Source of the DNA: Haliotis rubra
Lineage: Eukaryota
DNA: 64,000 bases
Assembly: GCF_003918875.1 (NCBI RefSeq)
Contig: NW_025764970.1
Span: 62,001-126,000 of the forward strand
Direction of reading: 5' to 3'
This document shows positions 26,501-41,500 of this stretch, in pieces (the stretch's first letter is position 1; each line of letters starts with the position of its first letter). The position numbers and the translations under genes were made by a program. The notes beneath the pieces were generated by a model that saw only the letters and a program-made list of their open reading frames with translations, was not told where the DNA came from and did no database searches.

Positions 26501-29500
26501 TAATACAACACTAAGTCTTGTACACAGAAATGTCACTGCTGACCTCACCTGTCATAATAACGTTTAATAAATGCACTACTGAACTGAATACGGAGGCTGC
26601 ATTTATACTGGCACTGAAAACGTGAAAACGGGTGAAAAAGCTGTATCCGCCCCTGATAAGGGTATCCATTCGTTTGACGGAAGTCACTGACAGGACTACA
26701 AACGAGCCATTCAGTGAGCATTAGACACAGCTGATGATGCATCTGATTACAGACGAATTATAACCGGAACAACAAGACTGGTATCTGCGCCATCGCGCTG
26801 ACGGAAGTGACGTCCCAGTTCCAGAATGTCATACCGCTCATACTTCTCAGCAAGGATACGTGTATCAACTCTTTAACATCTGAAAATAACGTGTGCCACT
26901 TCCTGCTACTAATCTGTCACAGTTTGTCCAGATCAGGTTCATAGGACTGAATTAAACAGTTTACGTGATCACGTTGTGGAGCCAAGGCATCTTTACTTGA
27001 AGTACTGGTCCTTGTACTGGATATAGTCCCTATGTTGTCTACGTTCATTATTCAGACGGCTTTTACTTTCGTTTTCGATGGTGTGAAGTTTACATTACAA
27101 GATGTCAGATACTTCTGCACCGTCGACTTCTGACTGCTCACCCTTGGTCGCTGGTATAGGGTCGTTGTTGTAATTGGTTTTGTCAATGACTCTGAGACTG
27201 GATTGACCTCTACAATCTTTGAAACATTCACCATAGACCCCCTTGTGACAGGCACCACATTTATTTTCGACTCATTTCATGTATGAGAATGAGTGAGTGA
27301 GTATGGTATTACGCCGCTTTCAGCAATATTTCAGCAATATCACGGCGGGGGACACCAGAAACGGGCTTCGCACATAGTACCTATGTGGGAAATCGAACCC
27401 GGGTGTTCGTGACTAGCGAACGCTTTAACCACTAGGCTACCCACCGATCCAGTTAACCCGATCGCGTACATGTAACAGTGTAACAATGCATGTTTCGACA
27501 TGAAAAGGTCAGCTTCGTCTAAATCGGCGAATGTTCCATATTTGGTACACGAAATGTATTTTAAATATTTCCAGCAGTTGAAGTACATATTAAAGGCGTA
27601 ATTCATTAAACAACGGTATACGGTATTTTCAAAACTGAAGTCATCTTCCCACAGCAGCCGTGGACGCTAGCCTGTATAAAGCCAAGAAGAACGAGACACC
27701 GAAGGAGACAAGCAGTTTTCAGCGATGGCATCGATGTATACCCAAGTGTTTTGTACAGGAAGAGGGTCACATCTGCTAGTTCAAGTACAGAACCATATCT
27801 TTGAGCTTCCAGAAGTACGCATGGACTCTAATCTAGTCTAATCAGTATAGTACAGGTTTGAGACGGAGTGAAGGAAGAGGGTCACATGCCGGAAACATCT
27901 TTCATTAGTCCAATTACAGAATCATAGAGCTACCATAAGTACACAACTCAGGTCACTCTAACGGGTTCATCTGACCTTGTTGTTCTGGCAAGGGCGTATT
28001 TTTTCAAAGATTTTTCCAAAGATTTATACTTCACAGAAACACCAGCGAAAACAAAAAGAGTTAAATTAGAGTTTTGGTAATAAATTAATTTTGTGAGGGA
28101 AGCCGGACGAATGAACGTCCGTGTGTGTCTCGATACAGCTTTCAAGATACGTTAAGTGTTTCTTGTTCAATGCCGCGCTATTCCAGTTATATGACGTTTT
28201 ACAGATCGGAGATTTCGATTGACGAAAGTGTTCCTTTGAAAACGACAATAACAGCATGCTTTTGACATATTTTTCAGTGTAATGTTGTTCACGACATAAC
28301 AAATATTTATCTGTTTATTCATCTTATATTACTATTGATTCTTAAAGGTCTGTTTTTACGGATTGCGTAACCTTATCGCACGACAACAAGGGAGGCGTAA
28401 TCAATATCGCTCTCAAACAGAAAAACTGCACAAACACTGACAAGTCTCTACGGAATCGCATAACACAGAGACAAATGTTTAACACGTGAACATGTGAAGG
28501 AGACGCTGATGTTCGGGACTACAAACTGCGCACTGAAGTCGTCAGCGCCATGTTCAGCAAATGTCATAGAAAAATACGACGTGTTTAACTGATGATTACA
28601 AAACGTCAAATAATTGAATGTGTTGCATAATGTCCACCTGACGAGGACCAATGCAGCCATTTGGAATACCCCTGTAAAAGGTGTGTGGGCACATATGTGT
28701 GTGTGAGGGGTTGTTTAAGAAATTCATGCATTTCAAATATTGTTTGGTTTTTCGCTGCTTTTAGCAATATTCCTGCAATATCACGGCTGGGGACACCACA
28801 AATGGGCTTCACACTTTGTACCCATGTGGGGAATCGAACCCGAGTGTTCGGCGTGACGAGCGAACGTCTAGGCCATTAGGCCACCCCACCGGCCCTGTTT
28901 ACAGTGTCAATGCAGTTTTACCACATGTGTTTCACACGTTATCACTATGTTGTCAGTTGTTCGGTTATATTGATAGCGAATCTTACTTCGTAAAATGTCT
29001 TGGAAATTTGTTAAAACAATTAAAGGGAAGCTGAGCCTTAATCCATGGGGTTCCATCAGTGTACCTAAACTTTGAAGGGAGGTAACCGCACGTGGCATGT
29101 ATGGGCTCTTACTGCGGAGATAGCGTATGTTAAGTTTGTGAAGGGCGTGATCGCTAAGTAGTGAAAAGCATGGTGTGCATGTATAACAGGGAATGAACTA
29201 AAGCTAGTATTGTTCATATTGCTTTAATCACGAACCATGTTGGTTAGTATGGGAAAACTGTTTCAGTGTACATTAAATTTGTCAGCTATTGTAATGGAGA
29301 CATGCTATCGTGTTACCGTCGCGTTGATTCCTCGTGTAAGGAAAGTAGCCCCATGGGCCTGTTGCAAACACTAAATATCAAACGCCTACCATACTTCCAT
29401 TTCACCAATAACTTAGCAGAAATGATCATTTTGTCAAATCGATTATATTCTTTCATTATTTGGCACCGGGACTTACCCAAAAGCATATACGTCCGCCTCA

Positions 29501-32500
29501 TTTGTGTACGGAGAGGATGTGACGAAACGAGGAGGAAGTGTAACCATCGTGCAAAGGATTTCGGGAGCCACGTAGGTCATGTGACCTCGAGGTATTGACG
29601 AGTGATTGACTCTGTAAACAAAAATAAAATATGTAATTATTGGAAATGATTATCCAATATCTCTCGAATAACTTGGGTTTAAGGCCGCTTTGAACAGAAT
29701 TCAAGTTATTTCACGGCGTGAGGGAGGAAAGCCCGAGAATGGTGTAGTTCTATTAACATGTTGACGACTTTGGTGGAATCGCAAGCACGGAAATGGTCCT
29801 GATAAACCTTGAAACATCACACTTGACGGGAGATAAATCACAATAGTGAGTGAGAGAGTATGGTTTTACGCCGATTTTAGCAATATTCCAGCAATATCAC
29901 GGCGGGGGACACCAGAAAGGGGTCTCACATTGTACCCATGTGGGGAATTGAACACGGGTCTTCGGCGTGACGAGCGAACACTTTAACCACTAGGCTACCC
30001 CACCTCCCTATATAAGTAACGAGACAATACAGCCACGCTGGTGGACTGAAGTCAACATTCGCCAGGAACATTGTACAGACGTATGCACTGAAGTGGTATT
30101 CAAACTATTCAGATTTTTTTGAAAATACCAGGAATCGTTTAAAGGTTTCCAGTTGGTCCATGCGTCCCTTGAATACGATGTAAGATTGCACGCTCTGCCA
30201 GGGTATCCAAGCCAATTACGATGGTTATTTTACATGTCGTTGCTTTCATTGTCTTCTATGAGAAATTCACTATCAGAGCAATAATTGCACGTACCAATGA
30301 TCTGCTTTGATCAGTTTTACCGACCCATCAGTGTTAAAGTACAATGTCCAAGAATAGAAATGTTATCACGTTACCGTATTTCTACGAAACTACTGGATCA
30401 GCATAATGAAACACAATGTCCCAGACCACGCAGGAAACAACACAACATTGTTGTGACCTACAGTGTTGTGTCCAACCACGAGCAGGACAATGGAATGGTG
30501 ATGTGTCCAACTGTTAAGCTCCATGACACATCACCGTAATATAGTATTGTATCCGGGACAAATAGATCACCGCAATATAGTACAATGTATCCGGGGGCAA
30601 ATAAATCACCGCAATATAGTATAATATGTCCGGAGTCAAATAGATCACCGCAATATAGTATAATGTGTCCGGGGGCAAATAGATCACCGCAATATAGTAT
30701 AATGTGTCCGGGGCAAATAGATCACCGCAATATAGTATAATGTGTCCGGGGGCAAATAGATCCCCGCAATATAGTATAATGTGTGTGGGGGCAAATAGAT
30801 CACCGCAATATAGCATAATGTGTCCGGAGGCTAATAGATCACCGCAATATAGTACAATATATCCGGGGGCAAATACATCACCACAATATAGCATAATGTG
30901 TCCGGGGGCAAATAGATCACCACAATATAGTATAATGTGTCCGGGGGAAAATAGATCCCCGCAATATAGCATAATGTGTCCGGATGCTAATACTGACTGA
31001 CTGACTGAGTTTGGTTTTACGCCGCTTTTAGCAATATTCCAGCAACATCACGGCGGGGAACACAAGAAATGGGCTTCACACATTGTACCCATGTGGGGAT
31101 TCGAACCCGGGTCTTCGGCGTGACGAGCCAACGCTTTAACCATTAGGCTACCCCACCGCCCCCCGGAGGCTAATAGATCACCGCAATATAGTACAATATA
31201 TCCGGGGGCAAATACATCACCACAATAGAGCATAATGTGTCCGGGGGCAAATAGATCACCACAATATAGTATTGTATTTAATGTCAGATAATTTGAAACA
31301 GTCTTATTACTCTTCCTTGAGTAATTGCTCCAAATGCAACTATTTTCACTAGTTTAAGTCAGTATGAAATGTCGAATTTTATTTATCGTTTAACCTTTCT
31401 ACCCATTTACGAGCTGCTTTAGCACAATTTAGGTGTAGTAGTTTTAAGATAGCTGTAGAAACAGGGTGTTATATCAACACTGACTATAATAAAAAAAATC
31501 TGTACATCATGTAAATCTAAAGGTCTAACTACATGGAAGACGAATTCCATGTATTGTTCATTTGTGAATCCTATTCACAACCAAGAGAGAGGTAAATTAC
31601 TCAATTGCCTTACAGTTTATATTCTTCAGGTAATCTTCTCCGTAATACTAACTTAGATACTGTAATATCTGCTGTTTCATATCTGTTTAATGTTAAAAGG
31701 ATCATTACAAACACTCTTGAAAGATCATTGTGCTCCTGAAGACACTGTTTTCTTTTTATTTTGGCCCTATGGTCTTTAACTGGAAATAAACTGGAGACTG
31801 GGACACACAGATCACCGCAGTATTGTATATCCGGGGACAACCTAGGCTACAGCATTAAGGTGTCGTGTGATTATGCTGCAGTACTGTGTGGCAGATATAC
31901 TCATGGAAACGAATAAGGGAACACATGAAAAAGTACAAGTGTTCCTTTATTCTTGTCCAGGTGTCTTCACAAGGTGTGTATTGCACTGTGAGTGAAATTC
32001 TGGGAATGAATAAAGGAACACTAGTACTTTCACGTGTTGCTGAAGTCTGGAGATATTTTCCAGATATGCATAATATACTGTATACCTATTCACCTGTCAT
32101 ATTTGGCCTCGGCAAAGCCGTAATCCATGGCGCTGATCTTCACCTTAGGGGCAAGGAAGACGTTCTTAGTGTTAAGCTTTCGTAGAACAATGCCCTTGGC
32201 GTGGAGGTAGCCCATGCCCACTGCGATCTGCCTCAGTATCTGGAGCTTGCTGTGGATGTTCAGCTTCTCCTTCTTACAGTGGAGGTTCTCGTACAGCGAC
32301 AAACCGGCAGGAGCACTGAAAGCAAAGATCAACTAGTTATTCCCTTTGTTCAGTCACAAGACCGCCTCCGTGGTGTAGTGGTTAGACGTCCGCCCGGAGA
32401 ACGGAAGGTCGCGGTTTCGATCCCCGACCGCGTCATACCAAAACACGTTAAAATATGGTACTTGTTGGCCCCTGCCTGGCGCTCGGCATTAATGGGTACA

Positions 32501-35500
32501 GGACAGGTCGGTTCAGAAACTAATTCTAACCCTGGTTAAATGCATATTAGGTTCAGGGTGACAAGAGGGTACCCACAAGACTATATCATGACAAGTGGGT
32601 ACCCACAAGACTATATCATGACAAGAGAGTACCCACAAGACTATAGCATGACAAGTGAGTACCCACAAGACTATAGCATGACAAGAGAGTACCCACAAGA
32701 CTATAGCATACCCACAAGACATGACAAGAGAGTACCCACAAGACTATATGCATGACAAGAGAGTGATGATTGAGTAACCCAAGGTCTATCGACAAGAGTA
32801 CCCACACAGCATGACAAGTGAGTACCCACAAGACTATAGCATGACAAGTGAGTACCCACAAGACTATAGCATGACAAGAGAGTACCCACAAGACTATAGC
32901 ATGACAAGAGGGTACCCACAAGACTATAGCATGACAAGAGAGTACCCACAAGACTATAGCATGACAAGAGAGTACCCACAAGACTATAGCATGACAAGAG
33001 AGTACCCACAAGACTATAGCATGACAAGAGAGTACCCACAAGACTATAGCATGACAAGAGAGTACCCACAAGACTATTGCATGACAATGACAAGAGAGTA
33101 CCCACAAGACAAGCATGACTAGAGGTACCCATGACTATAGCATGACAAGAGAGTACCCACAAGACTATAGCATGACAAGCATGACAAGAGAGTACCCACA
33201 AGACTATAGCATGACAAGAGAGTACCCACAAGACTATAGCATGACAAGAGAGTACCCACAAGACTATAGCATGACAAGAGAGTACCCACAAGACTATAGC
33301 ATGACAAGAGAGTACCCACAAGACTATTGTGCATGACAAGAGAGTAGCATGACAAGAGAGTACCCACAAGACTGTACCCACAAGACTATTGAATGACAAG
33401 AGGGATGACAATAGTTATCTTTCCCTTTCGGCTGTTCACCTTCCCACCACCTTCAGACTTTGGTGTTTACATTTCACAACGTGTGAGGTCCAGTCAGGGT
33501 TACAACATTAAATGGCTTTAGTGGAGCTTTTAAAAAGTAGACATTGCACAGGACAATGCCAAATTGGACGCGAATGTGTCATAAATGATGTAGTGAGTGA
33601 AGGAGTGAGTTTAGTTTTACGCCGCACTCACAAATATTCCAGCTATATGACGGCAGTCTGTAAATAATCGAGTCTGGACGAGACAATCCAGTGATCAACA
33701 GCATGAACATCGATCTACGCAATTGTGAAACGATGGCATGTGTCAACCATGTCAGTGAGCCTGACCACCCGATCCCGTTAGACGCCTCTTACGATAAGCA
33801 TGGGTTACTGAAGATCAATTCTAGCCCGGATCTTCAAGGGTCCACAAATGATGTAAGATGCAGTTCTCTATTTTGATCTGCACCACATGTTCCCGTGTTT
33901 TTTCAGTTGAACAAAGCTTTATCGTGTGCTTGCCACGGGTGTCACAGGCTATCATCACACTCTGATTGTGATTCATAAACACATGCTAATGAAATTGTCG
34001 GAATCGTACGATGAAGATTCTTTTGCTAATGGAAAACGGTTTTGTTGTTTTAATCAACCCTGAATAACCACATGCTTACAGGTTTAATCAATACTGATTT
34101 TTCTTATCTTGTCTTAAGATAACAGATAAATTATTTTGTACACCTAGGTGCATTTAAAACCAAGGTTTCATTGTCGGGTTTTTTTCCTGTTTGCAACATG
34201 ACAACCTGACAGTTCAGACTTAAAAAACAACTACTGTCACAACTGATTGAAATGTATGTGTTAATTCTTACTTGAACAGTACAAATGAACGATTCAGAAA
34301 ATAGTCTATCCGGCTTCAAACGGTGATTTTGTGAGGAAAGACATTTGCATATATCGCACACGAGCATGATACACCTCACATCACCTCGGAGACACACGCT
34401 GTTTACTGTGTTGGCTCTCTCTATCAAAGGAGCCGTTAGGAAATAAAAATGTTTAATTTCAACGACAGCAAAGTAAATACCTGCACTCCCATGTAATGCT
34501 CTCGTAGATGCATGGCCCAATCAATACACCAGCAGTGCCATGTTTGACACGTTTCCTGGAAGCCGATTCCAGACAAAGTGGCATATATATTTTTTAAAGA
34601 GAAAAATTAAATGCGCATTTCCTGAATTCTATTTTCTAGACAAGTTTCGTTTGAGATATTCTCTTTGTGAAATGTTGCTCTTCAAACACCATAACGACAG
34701 GTCTGGTAAAATAGTTTACGTCCATATTTCTTATTGATTGTGTTTCCCTGTACATTGCTACCAGCACGTAAGTTTCTTAGATCGCAGATAAGGATGCGCG
34801 GTCGAACAACTTGTTTGTCGGCATTTGAATAAATACTGTGAAAGTAGTGCTTTGTAGTCATCTAGTTCAAACTGTATCTGTATACTGAAAATATCCCCCA
34901 AACACATGCTATAATATTTATTGAAGCACAGACCTTCCACATGTGCAGTTTCATGACGTACACAGACCTTAACGTTACTGCCACAATACAATATTGTCAC
35001 TGTGGTCTGAAATCAATAGGTTATGGACAAGACTACACTATGGACGCATTTACCCTTTACTGTAAATCATTGGAGATTAGCCATTAACTCTAGCAAAACA
35101 ACAATCTTAGTTTTCGGCGGTACAACAAGAGATATGAGTACACAGATACTAATAAATGGTACACCCATCGAATATGTCAAAGATCATAAGTATCTTGGAA
35201 TCCATTTTACAAACAATAATTCTTTTAAAACCTCTATAAAAGTCCTTTGGGAATCTGCTACTAAAGCAATGTATTTCGTTCTGCAGAAAGGTCGCATCTT
35301 TAACTCCTATCAATCAAATTCCAATTATATCTCTTTGATGCCATGGTTAAGCCAATTCTGTTATACGGCTGCGAAATCTGGGGTTTTGAAAACTGTAAAG
35401 TTATAGAATCAGTTCAAGTTAACTTTTTACCCAAATTACTCCTCGTTAAGAGAAGCACGCCATTATACATGCTATATGGAGAACTTGGAATGATACCCCG

Positions 35501-38500
35501 AATCAACTCTATCAAATGTCATATGGTATGTTTCTGGGCTAGACTTCTATCTGGTAAAGAACAAAAGCTGTCAAGAATTTTATACCAAATGTTAGACAAT
35601 GAAGCCTGTAGAAACAATAGCAATCAAAACATGGATAAACTCTGTGGAAGCCGTATTTAATGAAAGTGGCTATAGCTTCTACTAGCTAAGCCAACAAGCT
35701 GTCTTTCCCAACGAAATTAAACTATTATCTCCTTACGGTTACATGATATAGCAATCCAAACATGGCGCGCAGAGATTTCGAATTCTTCTAAGGGTACCAT
35801 GTATCGCGTATTCAAATCTGAGCTTGTCCTTGAAAAATATCTCACATACATCTCTTTCTCCTTGGCTCATAAAATTCTCTTGTTTAGAACATCCTGACAC
35901 CGTTTACCTATAGAAGTAGGTAGGTGGCACAAAATTCCACCCGAAGAAAGAATGTGTAACCTCTGCGACACGTGTGAAGTTGGCGATGAATTTCATTACA
36001 ATTTTCTCTTCAAACATCATCGGAAAACTTACATACCAAACCCTTATGTTAAAAACCCTAATGTTTTAAGATTTAACGAATTGTTTAACTGTAAACGAAT
36101 TAGTGTGTTAAAAAAAACTGTGTATATTTTATAGTACTATCATGAACACTGTACAATCTTCCTTGTGCACCATCCCGCCATCCCATGTATTCTGTATATT
36201 TGTACCTCTTATGCCGATTATCCCGGCCTGAGCGTAATAAAAGTTCGGTCCTGTTCTGATACATCAGCAACGATCAACGCATAAAGGACAAAGACAAGCA
36301 AAAGAAATGGGCACATATTGACTGTGCAATGTCCGGGAATGGAACGTAGGACGAGCGGACGCAGTCAACATTACCGGGCCCACCTGGAAAGAAAGCCAAC
36401 TTTGACGTGGGCCCGAATATGTCCTAATTATATGATTAGCAATTATCATTTAAAAATATAATTAGCAAAAACAAAAATATTACTTCCCGTTACTTCTGTT
36501 TTTTTGGAACTAACTTAACCATCATAACATGCGTGTTAAGTAGCATGAAAGCAACTGACTAGTGCATAACACCATTTTGTGTTATAATGTATATTTTGCA
36601 TTAAATGCCATGACTGTTATGAGTTGATGCCAAAGTCTTGGGTTAACATCCCTTTGTTGTGATGAGAACAGTGCATGTTGGTAACTTCTGACGAAATATT
36701 CGAAATGTGTGGATTAAACACGTTCGTTTCTCATAACAACTAACCAATAGCACTAAACGTTTGGATGTTTCGTATATTACAATTTTCCGGATTTAGAGCA
36801 ATTTTCAATTTTAAAGTTGCTAAAACAATTTTTCAACAAGCTTTGACAATCCACAGTGCCGTTTGTGTTTTGACGCTAAAGTGTCCACTTGTCATTGTTT
36901 ACCTAGTGGAGGAGAAACGGGGTTTAGTTAGCCCTGCTCACCCCCTTACCCCGGGGCGGTGGGGTAGCCTAGTGGTTAAAGCGATCACTCGTCACGCCGA
37001 AGACCCGGGTTCGATTCCCCACACGGGTACAATGTGTGAAGCCCATTTCTGGTGTCCCCTGTCCTGATATTGCTGGAATATTGCTAAAAGCGGCGTAAAA
37101 CTAAACTCACTCACCCCTTAACGCCAGGACGAGAAAAGTGCATCTTTCAATGTATTTGGGTATAACACGGCCATGGGACTTTAGGTTCAAATGGTTGGAA
37201 AATCAAGTGGTTGAATTTGGTCGAAACATTTCGACCTTCCTACCCAATTCTTTTTAAAACTAGTGCCTAGAAAGAACATTTTAGAGATAGATATTTCATG
37301 GTGAGACTAAATGTATCGTGGTCTGTGTTCCTGATACAGGCCTGGAGCCATTGTGGTGTCATCCGGGCAATATGATATGCAGCACACAAGACAAATTAAC
37401 ACGACCAGTGTTCCCGACGGCTTAATCATACAATACTACCTTCATTATCCAAATCTTCATGTCAAATCGAGGGCTCTTCGTGTCAAATTCATGATATACC
37501 CAAATAAATGGCTTTATTGCCGTATGGAGAATCTGCCATTAGCCATGGCTCGGGTTTGCCCATATATCTAATTATGATTCCTGCATCGGCGCTGATTGCC
37601 GGAGTCTCATTTCCGCTCAGAACAGAACACTCGGTGGATAGGATGATAACAATAATTGGACGGAAATGAATCAAATTATATCAGCAAATACACTGCAGAG
37701 AAGTAAGTACACCTAAGTATCTGTATTTTTCTATATAATGTCGTTTATCAAAGACACCATTGGAATTTTTTTTTTAAGATCATACAATTGGTATACAAGT
37801 TGTTGATTACATGGACAGACGGAATAAATATCGTCTTTACTGAGAAACTCATGAGCATGGTGCTGACAAACCAGCAGTTAAAATCAGATTCATAAATCAT
37901 GGTACGCTCATGTGTGAGTGAGTTGGGGGTTTTTCGCCACTTTTAGTAATATTTCAGCAATATCCAGCTGGGAACACTAGAAATGGGCTTCACACATTGT
38001 ACCCATGTTGGGAATCGAACCCAGGTCTTCGGCGTGACGAGCGAACGCTTTTACCACTAGGCTACCCCACCACCCGGTACGCTCAAGAAATCTAACTAAG
38101 TCAAAATATCTGCTAACAGTCAAACAGGCTCACAATCCCTACCCCTCCCGACGCCATAGACCACTCGAACGCATCATCCCCACCGAACCAGGCACTATCC
38201 AGCCATCCACACACCCTCCCGACTCCCATGTCCCCAGGCCAAGCGAAACCCAACCCAAACACCCATTCCTTTTGACGGATGAAAATTCCACAAACTCGAT
38301 AAACATTGACAATTCTTTGAAGAATTTAGTGTCTGAATAAAGACGTTTTAGGAAACATATCGACGTTTTTCGATTTGCAAAGACATCATAAAATAAATGT
38401 AAACTTATGTGGCTTCTGCAACTTTAGATAACTGAAGTCAAATCATGTTAGCCAGAAAGTTTGGTATCCCTGACAACACATTATCCACTGCACACCCAAA

Positions 38501-41500
38501 GGCCTTTTGGTCATTTATAAAGTCCATACCGACAACGTAATACAGGTAGCGTTTACCTTTCAGCACTATGAGATCAGAACAAACACAGCCAGTATTGCTG
38601 GATTAAAGGCGCAATGTCACATATCTTCGACAATAGTTTGGCCTATATACATATGCACCCACTTCCTTATTGACGCAATAAAAGACTTATTATCCCTTAC
38701 GACCTGCCTTAAATTGATAATTGAAACTTCCACACAAACAGCTTCCAAACAGAGAACACTTGTAGGCCAGTCAAATTAGCAAAAAGGTCGGGGGAAAATG
38801 AAGAAGAAATTAACCTTGGCAGATATGTTCTACAAACCTTCCTACATAACATACTAAAAGTCCCCTAAACTCCCACTTGAGCTAAATCCATAGTGCACGT
38901 ACAAACATGGCTACCCTATGCAACCTTTTGCTAACCTATAAGACCAGTTGTGCTTGATAGAATAGTCACAACTTCTATATTTCTGTACATAAGTACATAA
39001 ATGTTTGACAACCGAGTGAATATATCTCAAGATTGTTGACTATTATTTCAGAAAGATATAAAATTCACATTTCGGAGTTGGGGCCCTTTTTGTGTTAAAA
39101 ATAGAATGTTTAAATGTTTTTACCCTTGGGTGACACAAAGACCTATAGGTATAATGATAAGGCTTAGATATGACCAAAAGACCTTGAAATGTATTCTTCA
39201 ATGTCTTTTTCACCACAAACCACCAAATATAACTTATTAAAATCATATTTTTACATTACGACTCAACATAAACAATTTATGTCTGTGTAAGTATTGTTAT
39301 CGCTCTGGGACAAATCAGTGTAGAATTTATCTCGGTGCTATTGAAACTGAAAACTACCCGTCAACATAAATAGCGTTTGCCCATTCACTCTTAAACAACA
39401 ATTGACTAGCTTTTGTATATGTTTATGACGGATGTAATCGGTGGAATAGGACATGCTCATCATTCTGCGGACACCTGGTGTCATCAGTATGTTTATACTC
39501 ACTCATGAACACTTGCTCAGGGTATAGTCGGAATTGCACAATAGACTCTGCTTCAAGCTGAGGCTTGTTATGGATGTGGAAAGGATTTTATTTTTTCACA
39601 ACAGTCGCCTAAATTCGTCACTGAACATCGGGATACACGGAAATGTCCAAAACTGCAAGCGATATAGTTTCTTGTAATAGCTGTTCCATAATAATGAAGG
39701 AATTGGGAATGCATCACAATCGTTGGTGAAGAGTGACAGTAGATGTGATGACAACCAACAATCTTCAGTAACGATAGGCGGGAAATGCGAAATCTCAAAG
39801 TTGCCAATGGTCATCGCACTTGAGAAAGTTTAAGATCGGTTTAGTGGAGCCTGGTTCAGTGGAGCCTGGTTTCGGATCAATCCCCAACTCTTGCCTTTGA
39901 CCTGGGACGCCCTGAACGAGATTGATCGCCAACAATTTGGGCTTGTTGGCACCTGTTCCTGCCTGTTACATGAAACACTGAAGTATTGGCCACTGCACGT
40001 TTGCTTCTTCCAGTTTCCAGCATGCCAATAGACCATCGCTGGTTCATAACACGGACAATGGACGAAATGAGGTAAATCACAAACTGTATGTTAACAGGAT
40101 CAATACCATTGCCACAACCATCTGTTTGAATGACCGACAGAGATTAACCGACTATCCCGAAAGTGTCAACACGTGAGTCACTTCTGCGAATAGCCTGTCC
40201 AAGCTATATGATAAGTTACGATGGTTACATGCATAAAATATGTTTGTTGTGAAAACATTGTGCTCCGACTTGGCATTTACTTCACATTTCTAGATTTCCT
40301 ATCTTAATGAAGAGGTGGATGTGTTGTTGACAGGGGTTTGTGCATGTACTGGTCTCTCACCTGGTGATGACAGCCCTGTTTGGTGGTACAGTACATGCCC
40401 CCATGAACAGGTTGATGTTTTCGTGACGTATTCGACACAGCTTCGTCAGATCGGACCAGAAGACGTCAGTTTCATCACCTTTCTTGTCACGGAAGAGATG
40501 GATTGTCACTTCACCATGCCAACGTCCCCTGCAAAGAACACACTTCGTTTGTTTGTTTGTTTGTTTGTTTACTATTTAACGCGTGAGTTCTGCAGACATC
40601 TCTACCACGACATCCTGTCAAAATACAAACCAGTTGTGGTGTGGCAAATGTTCAAGCAATATTTCATGATAACACGCGGTCAACATATGGACGGAGCTTC
40701 ACTGCCAGAGAAAATGTAGTCACCCGTTATTAAAGGAACCATAGTGGTGGGGACCTGTTGTAATCGTGCATGGAATTGCATCGAAAACTGCAACTGTGTA
40801 AATTTGTGTAATACGTCACTGTCTAGAACAGCTTCCGTTTTAACAAAATTCGATAACGCACAAAAGAAACCATTTACCATTAGATCCTTCATAATTTCTT
40901 AGCCACAAACATTCCTACAACTTGCCACCCGTGAAGAACCCGGTTAGAATTGGTTGGCAGCAACCAATGCCTGTCGAAAGAGGCAACTAACGGGATTTGG
41001 TGGCTGGCTTGGTTGACACATGTCATCGTATCCAAATTGCGTAGACCTATGTTTATGCTGTTCATCACTGGATTGTCTGGTGCAGACCAGATTATGTACA
41101 GACCATCCTGCTGACTGCGGCGTTAAACAACAACAGACCAAACCTACAACTTGCCAGACACCTTTTTCCAAATGTGTTTGCTGACTCTTTAGTTTTCCCC
41201 CCGTCGTGATTTGGTGCGTACACTAAACAGGCCTTTACCGCACCAGACAGTACTTGGCTGAGATTAGTGACAGACAGTCCTACATCACCAGTACTTGGCT
41301 GAGATTAGTGACAGACAGTCCTACATCACCAGTACTTGGCTGAGATTAGTGACAGACAGTCCTAAGACAGTCCTACATCACCAGTACTTGGCTGAGATTA
41401 GTGACAGACAGTCCTTCATCACCAGTACTTGGCTGAGATTAGTGACAGACAGTCCTACATCACCAGTACTTGGCTGAGATTAGTGACAGACAGTCCTACA

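Noticed and set aside
32540-33411. Long repetitive ORFs (MTREYPQDYS / CHAIVLWVLS), and similar ones at 30514-31000, 54254-54956 and 48228-49004
   Set aside because: Stop-free frames of minisatellites, open on several frames or strands, broken by indels, with no splice context.
36951-37030. tRNA-like sequences in families A and C
   Set aside because: They run into SINE bodies and tails with TSDs and occur in many diverged copies; these are SINE heads, not tRNA genes.
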